This document shows, one piece after another, positions 10,511-20,487 of a stretch of 64,000 bases of DNA. The position numbers and the translations under genes are program-made. Source of the DNA: Myxococcota bacterium (GTDB lineage: Bacteria > Myxococcota_A > SURF-8); NCBI GenBank assembly GCA_963674735.2, contig CAXXQS010000002.1:1728001-1792000 (forward strand). Reading direction: 5' to 3'. The first letter of the stretch is position 1. Each line of letters opens with the position of its first letter. The notes beneath the pieces are model-generated. The model saw only the letters and a program-made list of their open reading frames with translations. It did not search any database and was not told the origin of the DNA.

Positions 10511-11326
10511 TTACTCCTTCGCCTGACGAACGGCTTCAGCCGCGCGGTCGAGGATGGCCAGCCGTCCACCGTATGTTTTTTGAAGATTGTCGTCGTTGAA
10601 GGTTTCAGCCATGGGGCCGTGGGCCACCACGCGCATATTCAACAGGATCAGGTGGTCGAAATACTCTCGGACGGTCTGTAATGAGTGGTGCACCACGATG
10701 ACGGTCTTCTGTTGTTCTTTCAACTCGCGTAGAAGCGTGAGAATCGCGCGCTCGGTGGCTGCGTCCACGCCAGCGAAGGGTTCGTCCATGAAATACAGGC
10801 GGGCGTCCTGCACCAGCGCACGGGCCAGAAAAACCCGCTGTTGTTGTCCGCCGGAAAGCTGGCTGATCTGGCGTTCGGCGTAATCGGCCATTCCGACCTT
10901 GTCGAGGGCGTCCAAGGAAATCTCGCGGTCGTGTTTGCCCGGTCGCCGAAACAGGCCCAAATGGCCGTAGCGTCCCATCAGGACGACTTCCAGAGCCGAA
11001 ATGGGGAAATCCCAATCCACCGATTCGCGCTGGGGAACATATCCCACCAAACTGCGGTTGGTTTCGTAGGGTTTGCCGAAGATATCCACGCGTCCGCTGG
11101 CTCGTGGAATGAGGCCCAAAACGGCTTTGATGAGGGTGCTTTTTCCCGCTCCGTTGGGGCCCAGAATGGCGATGAGCTGATTTTCCGGAACGGTCAGGTC
11201 CACATCCCACAAGACCGGCTTGTTGTGATAAGCCACGGTCATGTCGTGGATTTCGAATGGAGGCACGCGTTCCGAGCTTGGGGCGGCGGCGGCGGTCGAT
11301 GAGGGATCGGTGTTGGGTGATAGCAT
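10511..11326 (-). CDS. Mn/Zn ABC ATP-binding protein (TroB/MntB-like)
   Basis: GPNGAGKST, YVPQRESVDWDFP, LSGGQQQRVFLARAL, DEPFAGVD. Confidence 0.93.
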   Translation of the reverse strand: MLSPNTDPSSTAAAAPSSERVPPFEIHDMTVAYHNKPVLWDVDLTVPENQLIAILGPNGAGKSTLIKAVLGLIPRASGRVDIFGKPYETNRSLVGYVPQRESVDWDFPISALEVVLMGRYGHLGLFRRPGKHDREISLDALDKVGMADYAERQISQLSGGQQQRVFLARALVQDARLYFMDEPFAGVDAATERAILTLLRELKEQQKTVIVVHHSLQTVREYFDHLILLNMRVVAHGPMAETFNDDNLQKTYGGRLAILDRAAEAVRQAKE

Positions 11327-11341
11327 GATCGGTCTCCTCGC

Positions 11342-12298
11342 TTATTTGAGTGCCTGGACGATGGTTGTGACATTGTGGCGGACCATGCCGATGTAGGTGC
11401 CTTCCGGCGCTCCGGCGGCTCCCATGGCATCGGAGAACAATTCACCCCCGATTCGCAGATCGTGGCCTTTGGCTTTCGATCCTTCGACCAGTGCTTCGAT
11501 GTTCTTTTTCGGGACACTCGATTCAACGAATACGGCCTTGATTCCGCGTGTCGCGATAAAGTCAATCAAGTTGTTGATATCCTTCACTCCTGCTTCGTCT
11601 TCGGTACTGATGCCCTGGATACCGCGAACCTCGATGCCATAGGCGTCGCCGAAATAACCGAAGGCGTCGTGGGCGGTGATGAGCACGCGCCGCTCTTTCG
11701 GAATGGTGTCGATTATCTGCAACACCCACTGATGCAAGTCGCGCAGGTCGGCTAAAAGCTTTTCGGTATTGGCATCGAATTGTGCCTTACGGGACGGGGC
11801 GGCGGCGGAGAGTCCGTCGCGGATACGGTCGGCCGCCAACATCCACAGGCGGACGTCGAACCAGATATGCGGATCGTGAGTCCCGGCGGAGGCCGACGTC
11901 TCGCGCAATTTGGCCGGTTCGATGCGATCGGAAACCGCGATGACGGTCTTCTTTTTCGCGAGCCGATGCAAAACATCGCCCAGTTTCCCTTCAAGGTGCA
12001 GGCCGTTGTAGAAAACCAAGTCCGCTTTGGCCAAAGCACGGATATCCGACTCCCGCGCTTTGTATTGATGCGGGTCGGTGCCGGGCCCCATCAGTCCGGT
12101 GGCAGTTACGCTTTCACCGCCGATAATGCGGACTAGGTCCGTGATCATGCCGACCGTGGAGACCACGTTCAAGGGCCCGCTTTTCTCGACGGCTTTGACG
12201 GCTTGGCCCGGTTCGGGTGTGTCGGATTTCGATTGGCAGCCGAGGGCCAGCAGACTGAGAAACAGTCCCACTGTCATCACGGTTAATCGATAGTTCAT
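11342..12298 (-). CDS. Mn/Zn ABC substrate-binding lipoprotein (TroA/MntA-like)
   Basis: Lipobox ALGC; DPHQY, DPHIWFD, TAHDAFGYF, LFSDAMG metal-ligand motifs. Confidence 0.93.
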   Translation of the reverse strand: MNYRLTVMTVGLFLSLLALGCQSKSDTPEPGQAVKAVEKSGPLNVVSTVGMITDLVRIIGGESVTATGLMGPGTDPHQYKARESDIRALAKADLVFYNGLHLEGKLGDVLHRLAKKKTVIAVSDRIEPAKLRETSASAGTHDPHIWFDVRLWMLAADRIRDGLSAAAPSRKAQFDANTEKLLADLRDLHQWVLQIIDTIPKERRVLITAHDAFGYFGDAYGIEVRGIQGISTEDEAGVKDINNLIDFIATRGIKAVFVESSVPKKNIEALVEGSKAKGHDLRIGGELFSDAMGAAGAPEGTYIGMVRHNVTTIVQALK

Positions 12299-12340
12299 GT
12301 TTATTATCCCTTCTTTTATCTTTGATTCGTTTACAGGAAT

Positions 12341-13021
12341 TCATCTTTCCTGTTGTTCGCGTTCGACTCGTAAGTCATTGGCCACGCGGTCGCCCAGCGC
12401 CACCACTTCTCGGTTTCCTTCCGCAAGCCTGATCCGTCGCACACCCGAAGGCGATTCCGCCTCCAGAACTTCAAGCCGTGTTCCGAGTGTTAAACCCACG
12501 GACGATAGAAAGCGCAGCAAGTCGCTGTCTTCACGTTGCACGGCTCGTAGTGTGGCCCGTTCTCCCGCCTCCAGGTCAGACAGGCAGACCCATGAAATCT
12601 CCGGTAAAACGCCATCGATACCGGGGATGGGATGTCCGTGCGGATCGACTATGGGATGATGTAACACGTCGGACAACCGTTCTAAAAAACGGGGTGAAAC
12701 GGCGTGTTCCAGTTGTTCGGCTTCGTCGTGTACCTCTTCCCAGCCATAACCTAACACATCGACCAGGAATCGTTCCAGCAAACGGTGCCGCCGGGTCATT
12801 TCCAGGGCTATTTGGCGTCCTTCCGATGTCAAAGAAACCCCTCTATGTTGCCGATAATCGACGAGTTTCGGGTTTTCTCCATCAAGCCGCTTCAGCATGG
12901 CGGTGACCGATGAGGGTTTCACGCCCAGTTTGTCGGCCAATGCGCTGGTTCCGGCTTTTTGCTGTTCTTCTTCCAGCTTATAGATGGCCTTGAGGTAATC
13001 TTCGACGGCTTGGCTGCGCAT
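12341..13021 (-). CDS. mntR: DtxR/MntR family metal-dependent repressor with FeoA-like domain
   Basis: EDYLKAIY, RRHRLLERFL, EAEQLEH, DPHGHPIP; AAGGAG RBS before ATG 13021. Confidence 0.9.
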   Translation of the reverse strand: MRSQAVEDYLKAIYKLEEEQQKAGTSALADKLGVKPSSVTAMLKRLDGENPKLVDYRQHRGVSLTSEGRQIALEMTRRHRLLERFLVDVLGYGWEEVHDEAEQLEHAVSPRFLERLSDVLHHPIVDPHGHPIPGIDGVLPEISWVCLSDLEAGERATLRAVQREDSDLLRFLSSVGLTLGTRLEVLEAESPSGVRRIRLAEGNREVVALGDRVANDLRVEREQQER

Positions 13022-13036
13022 GGCATTCTCCTTCAT

Positions 13037-13076
13037 AATTTAGATTGACCTAAAAATTAAATTTGGTATTCCAAAT
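13037..13076. promoter_or_regulatory. Two palindromic DtxR/MntR-type operator boxes
   Basis: AATTTAG-ATTGAC-CTAAAAATT (13037-13058) and ATTTGG-TATT-CCAAAT (13061-13076), directly upstream of mntR; the first resembles the TTAGG-n-CCTAA DtxR consensus. Confidence 0.7.
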
Positions 13077-13218
13077 AAATAAAAATAAGGTCGTCTGCCT
13101 GTTGGTGATTTGGAAAACCGCTTGGCTGTTTGCCTTCATGTCGCGGTCCGAGTAGAATAGGTGCGATCGGAAATGGCGGATGCGCCGGAGTGGCGATGCG
13201 AGAAACGGAGTGGTGAGC

Positions 13219-14835
13219 ATGAACTATCCTGAAATGGCCATAATCACGAAGCTGGTGGTACTGGCTGTTTTGTGCGTGGTCGGCGTTTTTCGACTGGTCG
13301 CTCCAGCCGATCTTTATCGCCGTTTCCGGGTTTTGGTCGTGAGCGTGCTTCTGGTGTCGCTGGTTTTCGGCATTCTGGGTTTCTTTCACTATATGCATTT
13401 TCTGGGAGGGCGCTTCAACAACTACCACGATGTCTACCACTACTACTTCGGCTCCAAGTATTCGGCTGAACTCGGCTATTCCGATTTGTACAAATGCACC
13501 TTGATGGCGGAAATCGACGGCAAGGAAACGCTTTCCAGCTATTTTCTGAAATCGCAAATCCGGTTGATGGATACCTATGAACACGTGCCGGTGGAGCAGG
13601 TGCTGGACGAAGTCCGTGCCTGTAAGACGAATTTCAGCCCCGAGCGTTGGGAGCAGTTCACCACCGATCTGCGCGATTATCGGCGAATCTTCAACCTGCG
13701 TTCGATGAAAAGCCGTTTGAAAGACATGGGTTACAACGCCACTCCGGTGTGGAATATGGTGGGGAATTGGGTGGCGGATGTCGTCCCCGTGACGCGCTGG
13801 GGCTTGATCGGTCTGGGCTTGATCGATGTGGTTCTCTTGACCTTTGCCTTTGTGGTCGTCGGCTTGACCTTCGGCTTGGAGGCGGGGTTGATCACGGCGA
13901 TTTTCTTTTTAACGCTTTACCCGCTGCAGCGGCTGTTCATTCACGGTTCCATGCTGCGTTTCGATTGGATGGTGTGCATCATCCTTTCCATCTGCATGCT
14001 TAAACGTGGCTTCTACAAGCTGTCCGGCGGTTTGATGGCCTATTCGGCCATGGTGCGCGTCTTCCCAGTGCTGTTTCTGTTCGGACCGGGCGTGAAATTC
14101 CTATACATCTTGTGGAAAGAGCGCCGTGTGGACCGACGTCTTTTATCGTTGGGTCTGAGTTTCGCCGTAACGGCGGTGGTACTTGCGGGGCTTAGTATTT
14201 GGCACATGGACGGCCTGGGGCAGTGGGAGAGCTTCATTGGAAAGATTACGGTTCACAATCAAAGCCTGACCACCACACGTATCGGATTGAAATACGTGAT
14301 GATGTACGAGGGGGAGACGAGCCGTAAAGACTTCAAAAAGCTGGCTGGCAGTATGGGGTGGAACGCCTTGTTCGACCACAAGCGGGAGGTGCTGAAAGAG
14401 CGTCGGCCCGTGCAATTTGCCTTGATCGGACTGTTGGTGTTGGCGCTGGCCTTCGTTGTGCGGCGGCTAGACGATTATGAGGCTCTCGCCATCGGTTATC
14501 CCTTGATATTCTTACTACTCGGGCCGACCATCTATTATTCTCAAAGCGTGGCGGCTTTATGCATTTTGTTGGTGACGCGGCCCGGAAACAAGCTATACGC
14601 CTATAATTTCGCTGTGTTGACGGCGGTGATGTGTTTGAGCTTCGTTCTGACTCTGGCCATCCCTTGGGGACACCTGCGCCACTTCTGGGTGAGCCTGATG
14701 TACCTGGTCATGATCGTCGTGCTGCTCGGCACCTTCCTCTATGACGACCCCAAAGCCCGGTCCGTTATCGACCGACTCTTGCGGCGCAAACCCCGAACTC
14801 CGCCGATCGAGTCTCCGCCGGATTCCCTGGCATAA
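13219..14835 (+). CDS. Multi-pass membrane protein, probably a GT-C fold (GT87-like) glycosyltransferase
   Basis: Many TM segments and a large extracytoplasmic loop (YHYYFGSKY...ELGY, DMGYNATP); VRVFPVLF motif; family call tentative. Confidence 0.55.
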   Translation: MNYPEMAIITKLVVLAVLCVVGVFRLVAPADLYRRFRVLVVSVLLVSLVFGILGFFHYMHFLGGRFNNYHDVYHYYFGSKYSAELGYSDLYKCTLMAEIDGKETLSSYFLKSQIRLMDTYEHVPVEQVLDEVRACKTNFSPERWEQFTTDLRDYRRIFNLRSMKSRLKDMGYNATPVWNMVGNWVADVVPVTRWGLIGLGLIDVVLLTFAFVVVGLTFGLEAGLITAIFFLTLYPLQRLFIHGSMLRFDWMVCIILSICMLKRGFYKLSGGLMAYSAMVRVFPVLFLFGPGVKFLYILWKERRVDRRLLSLGLSFAVTAVVLAGLSIWHMDGLGQWESFIGKITVHNQSLTTTRIGLKYVMMYEGETSRKDFKKLAGSMGWNALFDHKREVLKERRPVQFALIGLLVLALAFVVRRLDDYEALAIGYPLIFLLLGPTIYYSQSVAALCILLVTRPGNKLYAYNFAVLTAVMCLSFVLTLAIPWGHLRHFWVSLMYLVMIVVLLGTFLYDDPKARSVIDRLLRRKPRTPPIESPPDSLA

Positions 14836-14947
14836 ACAAGATCGGGACAAGCAGAGTCTGGGCACTATTTGGGCACAACCCAAACAGTCAAACACCGCGA
14901 GTTTGTAGATACCGCCAGAGAATAATTGGCGATATTTCTACGTTATT

Positions 14948-15850
14948 CTACTCCCCATCTCGTGCACAACGGAAGCCGGTTTGTTCTGTTCTTGAATCAG
15001 AAGAAGAGAATGATCGAAATGGAATAGCAACTCCACCATTTGATGTAGCCCAGGATCTGCTTTTTACAATATTCTGTACCTCATTGTAGGGCTGGACATT
15101 TTCGCATTCAGTCAACCAAGCACTACCATCGTCTGGTGCACCTTCAAATGTTAAATGGGAGCAATCCTCAACCCATTCATAAGCATTTCCTAACATATCG
15201 TAGAGGCCAAAATTATTAGGTAATTTTTCTCCAACAGGATGGGAATGATTCTCACTGTTTTCATAAATCCAGGCGATGTCGAGCAGACAGCAATCCTCAA
15301 TTTCCACATCGATGCCGCAGACCTCTTCGCCACAGTAATAGATGCCCTCTGTTCCGGCACGGGCGGCGTATTCCCATTCGGCTTCGCTGGGTAGCCGTCC
15401 TCCTACAACTTCGCAGAAAGCACGGGCGTCGTGCCAGGACACCCGTGCCACCGGGCAATCGACGCATTCATGCATCGTGTCCGCCAGCGGATTGCTTCCT
15501 ATGATCTGTTCGTACTGTGCCTGCGTGACCTCGGTGGCCATCATCTCGAAGGCTGAAACCGTGACTTGGTGAGAAGGACCATGAAAAGGCGGGCAGGTCC
15601 ACCAATTGAAATCATAAGGGTTTTCATACTCGCAACCCATCGTGAAGTTTCCGGCCGGGATCGGTGCCCAGGTAATCGATGATGGATCGTTTTCGCTATC
15701 GGCCTCAGAGTCGACCTCCGAACGATCCGACTCTTCACCTGCGACTTCGCTGTCCAGATCGCCGTCGTCTGTAGTCGACTCTGAATCGCAAGCGATGAGC
15801 GGGAACAGGAAGGCGATCAAAAGACAAGCGATGCTAGCCCTAGGTTTCAT
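14948..15850 (-). CDS. FGE-sulfatase/CLec-fold lipoprotein, paralog A
   Basis: Lipobox LIAC; RLPSEAEWEYAARAG, PNNFGLYDMLGN, GFRCAR. Confidence 0.88.
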   Translation of the reverse strand: MKPRASIACLLIAFLFPLIACDSESTTDDGDLDSEVAGEESDRSEVDSEADSENDPSSITWAPIPAGNFTMGCEYENPYDFNWWTCPPFHGPSHQVTVSAFEMMATEVTQAQYEQIIGSNPLADTMHECVDCPVARVSWHDARAFCEVVGGRLPSEAEWEYAARAGTEGIYYCGEEVCGIDVEIEDCCLLDIAWIYENSENHSHPVGEKLPNNFGLYDMLGNAYEWVEDCSHLTFEGAPDDGSAWLTECENVQPYNEVQNIVKSRSWATSNGGVAIPFRSFSSSDSRTEQTGFRCARDGE

Positions 15851-15853
15851 GAT

Positions 15854-16753
15854 TTACTCCCCATCCCGTGCGCAACGGAAACCAATATGAGGATCACTAT
15901 CATCTAAATCCACACCACTTCGATGAACTACACTACATGAAGTTGCTGATGCCCCCCAAGATCTTCCTTTTATTACGGTGTTGCTTTGAGTATGTTTCTG
16001 GCAGTCTGTTTTCCAGGCACTGCCGTCAGTCGGGGCGCCTTCAAAAGATGGATGCCAGCAGTCCTCCATCCATTCATAGATGTTGCCCAGCGTATCGTAG
16101 AGACCGAAGGCATTGGGTTGCTTCTCTCCCACTGGATGAGTATGGTTATCGCTATTTTCTTCCACCCAGGCGATGTCGAGCAGACAGCAATCCTCAATTT
16201 CCACATCGACGCCGCAGACCTCTTCGCCACAGTAATAAAGACCTTCCGTTTCGGCACGGGCGGCGTATTCCCATTCGGCTTCGCTGGGTAGCCGTCCTCC
16301 TACAGCTTCGCAGAAAGCACGGGCGTCGTGCCAGGACACCCTTGCCACCGGGCAATCGGCACATTCGTGCATCGTGTCCGCCAGCGGATTGCTTCCTATG
16401 ACCTGTTCGTACTGCGTCTGCGTGACCTCGGTGGCCATCATCTCGAAGGCCGGAACGTTCACTTCATGAGGAGGGCTGCTTTGGGGTAAGCAGGTATTAT
16501 CGTAGATACTCCTATATTCACAGCCCATGGTGAAGCTGCCGGTGGGGATCGGTGCCCAGGTAATCGTTGATGGATCGCTTTCGTTATCGGTCTCAGAGTC
16601 AACCTCCGAACGATCCGACTCTTCACCTGCGACTTCGCTGTCCAGATCGCCGTCGTCTGTAGTCGACTCTGAATCGCAGGCGGCAAGGGCCAGCAGCAGC
16701 AGGGGCAATAGCCCACAAGCGCGCAACGGACGCATTCGGCGTATCAAGCGCAT
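15854..16753 (-). CDS. FGE-sulfatase/CLec-fold lipoprotein, paralog B
   Basis: Lipobox LAAC; RLPSEAEWEYAARA, PNAFGLYDTLGN, GFRCAR; shares identical blocks with paralog A. Confidence 0.88.
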   Translation of the reverse strand: MRLIRRMRPLRACGLLPLLLLALAACDSESTTDDGDLDSEVAGEESDRSEVDSETDNESDPSTITWAPIPTGSFTMGCEYRSIYDNTCLPQSSPPHEVNVPAFEMMATEVTQTQYEQVIGSNPLADTMHECADCPVARVSWHDARAFCEAVGGRLPSEAEWEYAARAETEGLYYCGEEVCGVDVEIEDCCLLDIAWVEENSDNHTHPVGEKQPNAFGLYDTLGNIYEWMEDCWHPSFEGAPTDGSAWKTDCQKHTQSNTVIKGRSWGASATSCSVVHRSGVDLDDSDPHIGFRCARDGE

Positions 16754-17171
16754 AACAACCCCTTCCCAAGCTGAGAGATGATCGATTCAGTGGCGAGTGA
16801 GATGATTCTAGCATGCAGACTTGAACAGGTCAAGCTCTATGTGGCTCAGGTGTGTGACATGCTTCTGCGCTGGGATAGACCGCATCGTCAGCCGGATTTC
16901 CATAATAAGCCCATCGCCAAGTGGGGCTGGCTGCCGATATTCCTTGTCGTTCCGAAGGAAGCGCCTATAATATCTTCAATTTTGAAATGTTTAACGATCC
17001 GTTGACCATGGCCGCTTGTTCGGGCGGGGAATGGAACGGATATCTGGAAATTACCCTGTGCCGAACTGTTTTACGGTTGTGATTGACCAACGGTCAACAG
17101 GATGCAGCCGCAGAGTTCGGTAACGACCTGCCGGTCGACCGAGTTCGGCTTGAGAAATAAAAGGAAACGCA

Positions 17172-18026
17172 ATGGTCAGGACAAAGAGTGGGATATCGGC
17201 GATCCATACGGTGGGTACGTTCATGAATGGGCGGGCATGCTCGGATACGCTTTTTCATGTGCTCAGCCGTGCATTCGACGATCCACTTGAACGTGAAGAG
17301 AAGGCGACCTCCTTATTCGCGGGTGGTATCCTGCAATATGGCTACCAGTGCGGGATGCTTTGGGGAGCGACGCTTGCCGCAGGAGCACGGACGCATCGAC
17401 GCTTGGGATCGGGACCGCGAGCCGAAGTCGAAGCGGTTGCCGAGGCACAAAGGCTTGTGGAATTATTTCGTGCTCGCAAAAACTGCATCAATTGTTTCGA
17501 AATAACGCATACCGACCGGTCATCGTCAACCTTGGAAATGATCCTGTATTTTCTTGTCAAAGGTGGAACCATCGGCTGTTTTCGTATGGCTGCGGGATAT
17601 GCATCTAAGGCATTTAACGAGCTTACGGATGGCGTGGGCGAGTTACCCGATAAAACGCTTGCTCCGCCGGTCAGTTGTGCGGCGGTCGTGGCTCGGAAGA
17701 TGGGGGCATCTGAGTTGCATCAAGGCATGGTGGCGGGATTGGCGGGGGGTATCGGACTATGCGGGGGTGGCTGTGGCGCGCTGGGAGCTGCGCTATGGAT
17801 CGTCGCGATGGATTCAGCCAAGGAAGGGATCAAGGGTAATCTCTGGAATTCAAAGCTCTTCAAATCGCGGGCCGATGAGCTGATCGATCGTTTCCTGAAG
17901 TGTTCCGGTCATGAATTCGAATGCTCCCAAATCGTTGGGCGGCAGTTTGAGAGCATCGCCGACCATGCCGCTTATCTGCATGATGGCGGTTGTTCGAAAG
18001 TGATCGAAACCTTGTCTGTACGGTGA
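17172..18026 (+). CDS. C-GCAxxG-C-C family putative redox protein (two tandem domains)
   Basis: FAGG...QCGMLWGA...NCFEI and LAGGIGLCGGGCGALGAA...ECSQI. Confidence 0.75.
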   Translation: MVRTKSGISAIHTVGTFMNGRACSDTLFHVLSRAFDDPLEREEKATSLFAGGILQYGYQCGMLWGATLAAGARTHRRLGSGPRAEVEAVAEAQRLVELFRARKNCINCFEITHTDRSSSTLEMILYFLVKGGTIGCFRMAAGYASKAFNELTDGVGELPDKTLAPPVSCAAVVARKMGASELHQGMVAGLAGGIGLCGGGCGALGAALWIVAMDSAKEGIKGNLWNSKLFKSRADELIDRFLKCSGHEFECSQIVGRQFESIADHAAYLHDGGCSKVIETLSVR

Positions 18027-18163
18027 TCAACTTGAAAAACGTGATACGCGCTGGATTGCAAGATCAATACAACGGTTTGATTTCATTTGAGAAAATACGA
18101 TAAATGTGCTAATTTTGATAGAAATCTAAATGACTTCCGCTACATAAACCACAGGATACCGAT

Positions 18164-19996
18164 ATGAAACCTGTTTTTGTAATTGGAGTGCTAGGATTGT
18201 TTCTGTCTTTTGCCATCGGTTGCGATGGAGATGATTCCACAACGGGGATCAATACCGATGGCGATGCGATCGACGGCGACTTGACCGACGGTGACCTGAC
18301 GGACGGTGACCTGACGGACGGTGACCTGACCGATGGCGACCTGGATGACGATCCCGTTGATATCGATGAATGGAACGCGGCAAGCGAGTTTACGGTTGTC
18401 GAGATTGACCCGAATGTCTCGGCTACATTCCAGCTGGCGGTACAAGCCTGTGCCGGTTTGTATAATCGCGAGCTCGGCGGCTCCATTTACGTCAAAATGG
18501 AAACCAAAGATCAGCAATGGCTGGATGAACTCGATCTGGAGCCAAAGAACGTCATCAATGCCCTTGACTTCCTCGATGCATGTGTTGCCAAGTTTCCTTC
18601 CTGCCTGCGCTATTCCTACGACGACCAGAGGCTGGCAATGCCAAGCATCCTGACCATCGCTTCTGTGCTGGGAGCGGTGCCCCTGGATATGGGGATGAAC
18701 ACCTCCTGCGGCGAAGTCACGTTCGATGCCACCACCGAACTGGCGAACAAAGACACCCCCTATCTTGCCACGCAGTATGTCTTCGAGAACTACGCCGAGC
18801 AGACCACCGGCCTGGCCATGCTCAACCCCGGATACGAAATCTGGGAAAACAATACGGACAACCCCGTACTTACACGGGATATGCCCCCTTCTCTGGTTGA
18901 TTTCGTGTTTTCCCAAAAACTGTTCGCCCTATTTCTGACAAACGGCTGCCGAGACGAGAATCCCGAGAAGGAACTTTTGCACGCAATCGTCAACGCCGGT
19001 CACTGGCAGACACCGCTCGGCGTTTACGGTTACAACAATTCATGGATGGTCATGGGTGGCTTTTTCTACGAGGCTCAAACCCAATGCCTGGATTCCCGCA
19101 ACATGGGCGCCATCCCCACCGAAACAAGCAATCTATCATTCTTCTCCACCCGGCGACCGCCGATCCGGGAGGCGAGCGAACTCGAACGAAACGAGACGGA
19201 GGACATCGAATACGATCCGACCAAGACCTATGTTGCCTTCGTGATCGGCGACGGTGACAACGTCGCCTTCATCATGAGCACGCGCAACGTTTGGCTTCGT
19301 CAACGGCTGGCGGATTGCGAGAAAACGGACAATTCCTGTGCGCCTATCACCTGGAGCATTTCGCCGCATCTCTCCTATCTCGCGCCCGACGTGCTTAAAT
19401 GGTACCACAAGAAGACCCGCCAGACCGGCAAGGACTACTTTACCCTCCCGCCTAGCGGACACCTTTACGCCTATCCCACTTCGCTGAACGAAGAAGATCA
19501 GAATCGCTTTGTTACGGCGACGGAAGAAGACGCCCGCCTCCTTGGCATCCACGGAACCGTGCACTGGGACTGGATGGGTACCTGGGAAGACGCAGAAAAC
19601 CTCTTCTTGCCCAAATACGCCAAGACCGACGGCGTCATTCGCGGCGTGTTTCCCGTCAATGTGCCGTATATGTTCGAGGCTTTCCCGTGGTGGTCGGACG
19701 ACCAATTCTTTAAGGTACTCGCCGGTAAAGATGGCGGTGAGGTGGCGGTGTTCCGGCCGCGCGAGTGGCGGGGGATCGACAACGACGACGACCCCTTCTT
19801 TCAGAGCCCACAGAAGATGGCCGAAGAACTGGGTAGCTATCCTCCTGGCACAGTTACGTGGGTGTACATGACCAGCGATGGGGGACTAAGTCTCGAAAAT
19901 TCGTTCATGGAATTAGTCAAGATCCTGCCTTCCCACGTCCAACTCGTGAGTGCGGATACGGCGGCTAGACTGGCGCTGAGCGTGAGTCGCAACTGA
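18164..19996 (+). CDS. Lipoprotein with (xDGDx)6 linker and GxGYxYP-type putative glycoside hydrolase domain
   Basis: Lipobox AIGC; VAFVIGDGDN, ITWSISP, PSGHLYAYP. Confidence 0.75.
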   Translation: MKPVFVIGVLGLFLSFAIGCDGDDSTTGINTDGDAIDGDLTDGDLTDGDLTDGDLTDGDLDDDPVDIDEWNAASEFTVVEIDPNVSATFQLAVQACAGLYNRELGGSIYVKMETKDQQWLDELDLEPKNVINALDFLDACVAKFPSCLRYSYDDQRLAMPSILTIASVLGAVPLDMGMNTSCGEVTFDATTELANKDTPYLATQYVFENYAEQTTGLAMLNPGYEIWENNTDNPVLTRDMPPSLVDFVFSQKLFALFLTNGCRDENPEKELLHAIVNAGHWQTPLGVYGYNNSWMVMGGFFYEAQTQCLDSRNMGAIPTETSNLSFFSTRRPPIREASELERNETEDIEYDPTKTYVAFVIGDGDNVAFIMSTRNVWLRQRLADCEKTDNSCAPITWSISPHLSYLAPDVLKWYHKKTRQTGKDYFTLPPSGHLYAYPTSLNEEDQNRFVTATEEDARLLGIHGTVHWDWMGTWEDAENLFLPKYAKTDGVIRGVFPVNVPYMFEAFPWWSDDQFFKVLAGKDGGEVAVFRPREWRGIDNDDDPFFQSPQKMAEELGSYPPGTVTWVYMTSDGGLSLENSFMELVKILPSHVQLVSADTAARLALSVSRN

Positions 19997-20095
19997 GTTA
20001 GGGTTGTCCGTTGCAAGCGGTAGCGTGATCCAACGTGCTTCGACGATTGGCACGACTTCGTTGATCGGGTACTGGAAATCGTAAATAACTGCCAT

Positions 20096-20130
20096 AAAAA
20101 CAGCCACTTGACCAAAATGCCAAGTGGCTG
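20096..20130 (-). terminator. Terminator downstream of tRNA-His
   Basis: CAGCCACTTG/CAAGTGGCTG 10-bp stem followed by TTTTT on the minus strand. Confidence 0.65.
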
Positions 20131-20137
20131 AAATTAT

Positions 20138-20215
20138 TGGGGTGGGTGATGGGATTTGAACCCACGGCCTCCAGGGCCACAACCTAGCGCTCTAACCAAC
20201 TGAGCTACACCCACC
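20138..20215 (-). tRNA. tRNA-His (GTG)
   Basis: GGTGGGTGTAGCTCAGTTGGTTAGAGCGCTAGGTTGTGGCCCTGGAGGCCGTGGGTTCAAATCCCATCACCCACCCCA; G-1, TTC loop, CCA end. Confidence 0.96.
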
Positions 20216-20487
20216 ATACCAAAGGTCCGCCTCCAAAGCAGGCGAGACGGTATAATGGCGAACCGCGTCGCGTTTGTCAAGATTTCTTGCAGCTAAAAAA
20301 GTCATTCATCCGTTAAACAACCACTTGAGCGAATCCCGACCGCCGGTTTGAGTCACCCGGCGGGCGAACCGAATTTGAACATCGATAATAGGATTCTAAC
20401 TTGAGATCTGGTTGCAACTTTGCACAATGCCCCTAGCGTTGACAATCGGTTTGAAACGCCCAATCAATCAACCTGCGAGGTGGTCGG

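Noticed and set aside
14948-16753. Diversity-generating retroelement targeting the FGE genes
   Set aside because: No reverse transcriptase or template repeat in the window; differences between paralogs include indels and are not adenine-specific. A remote DGR cannot be excluded.
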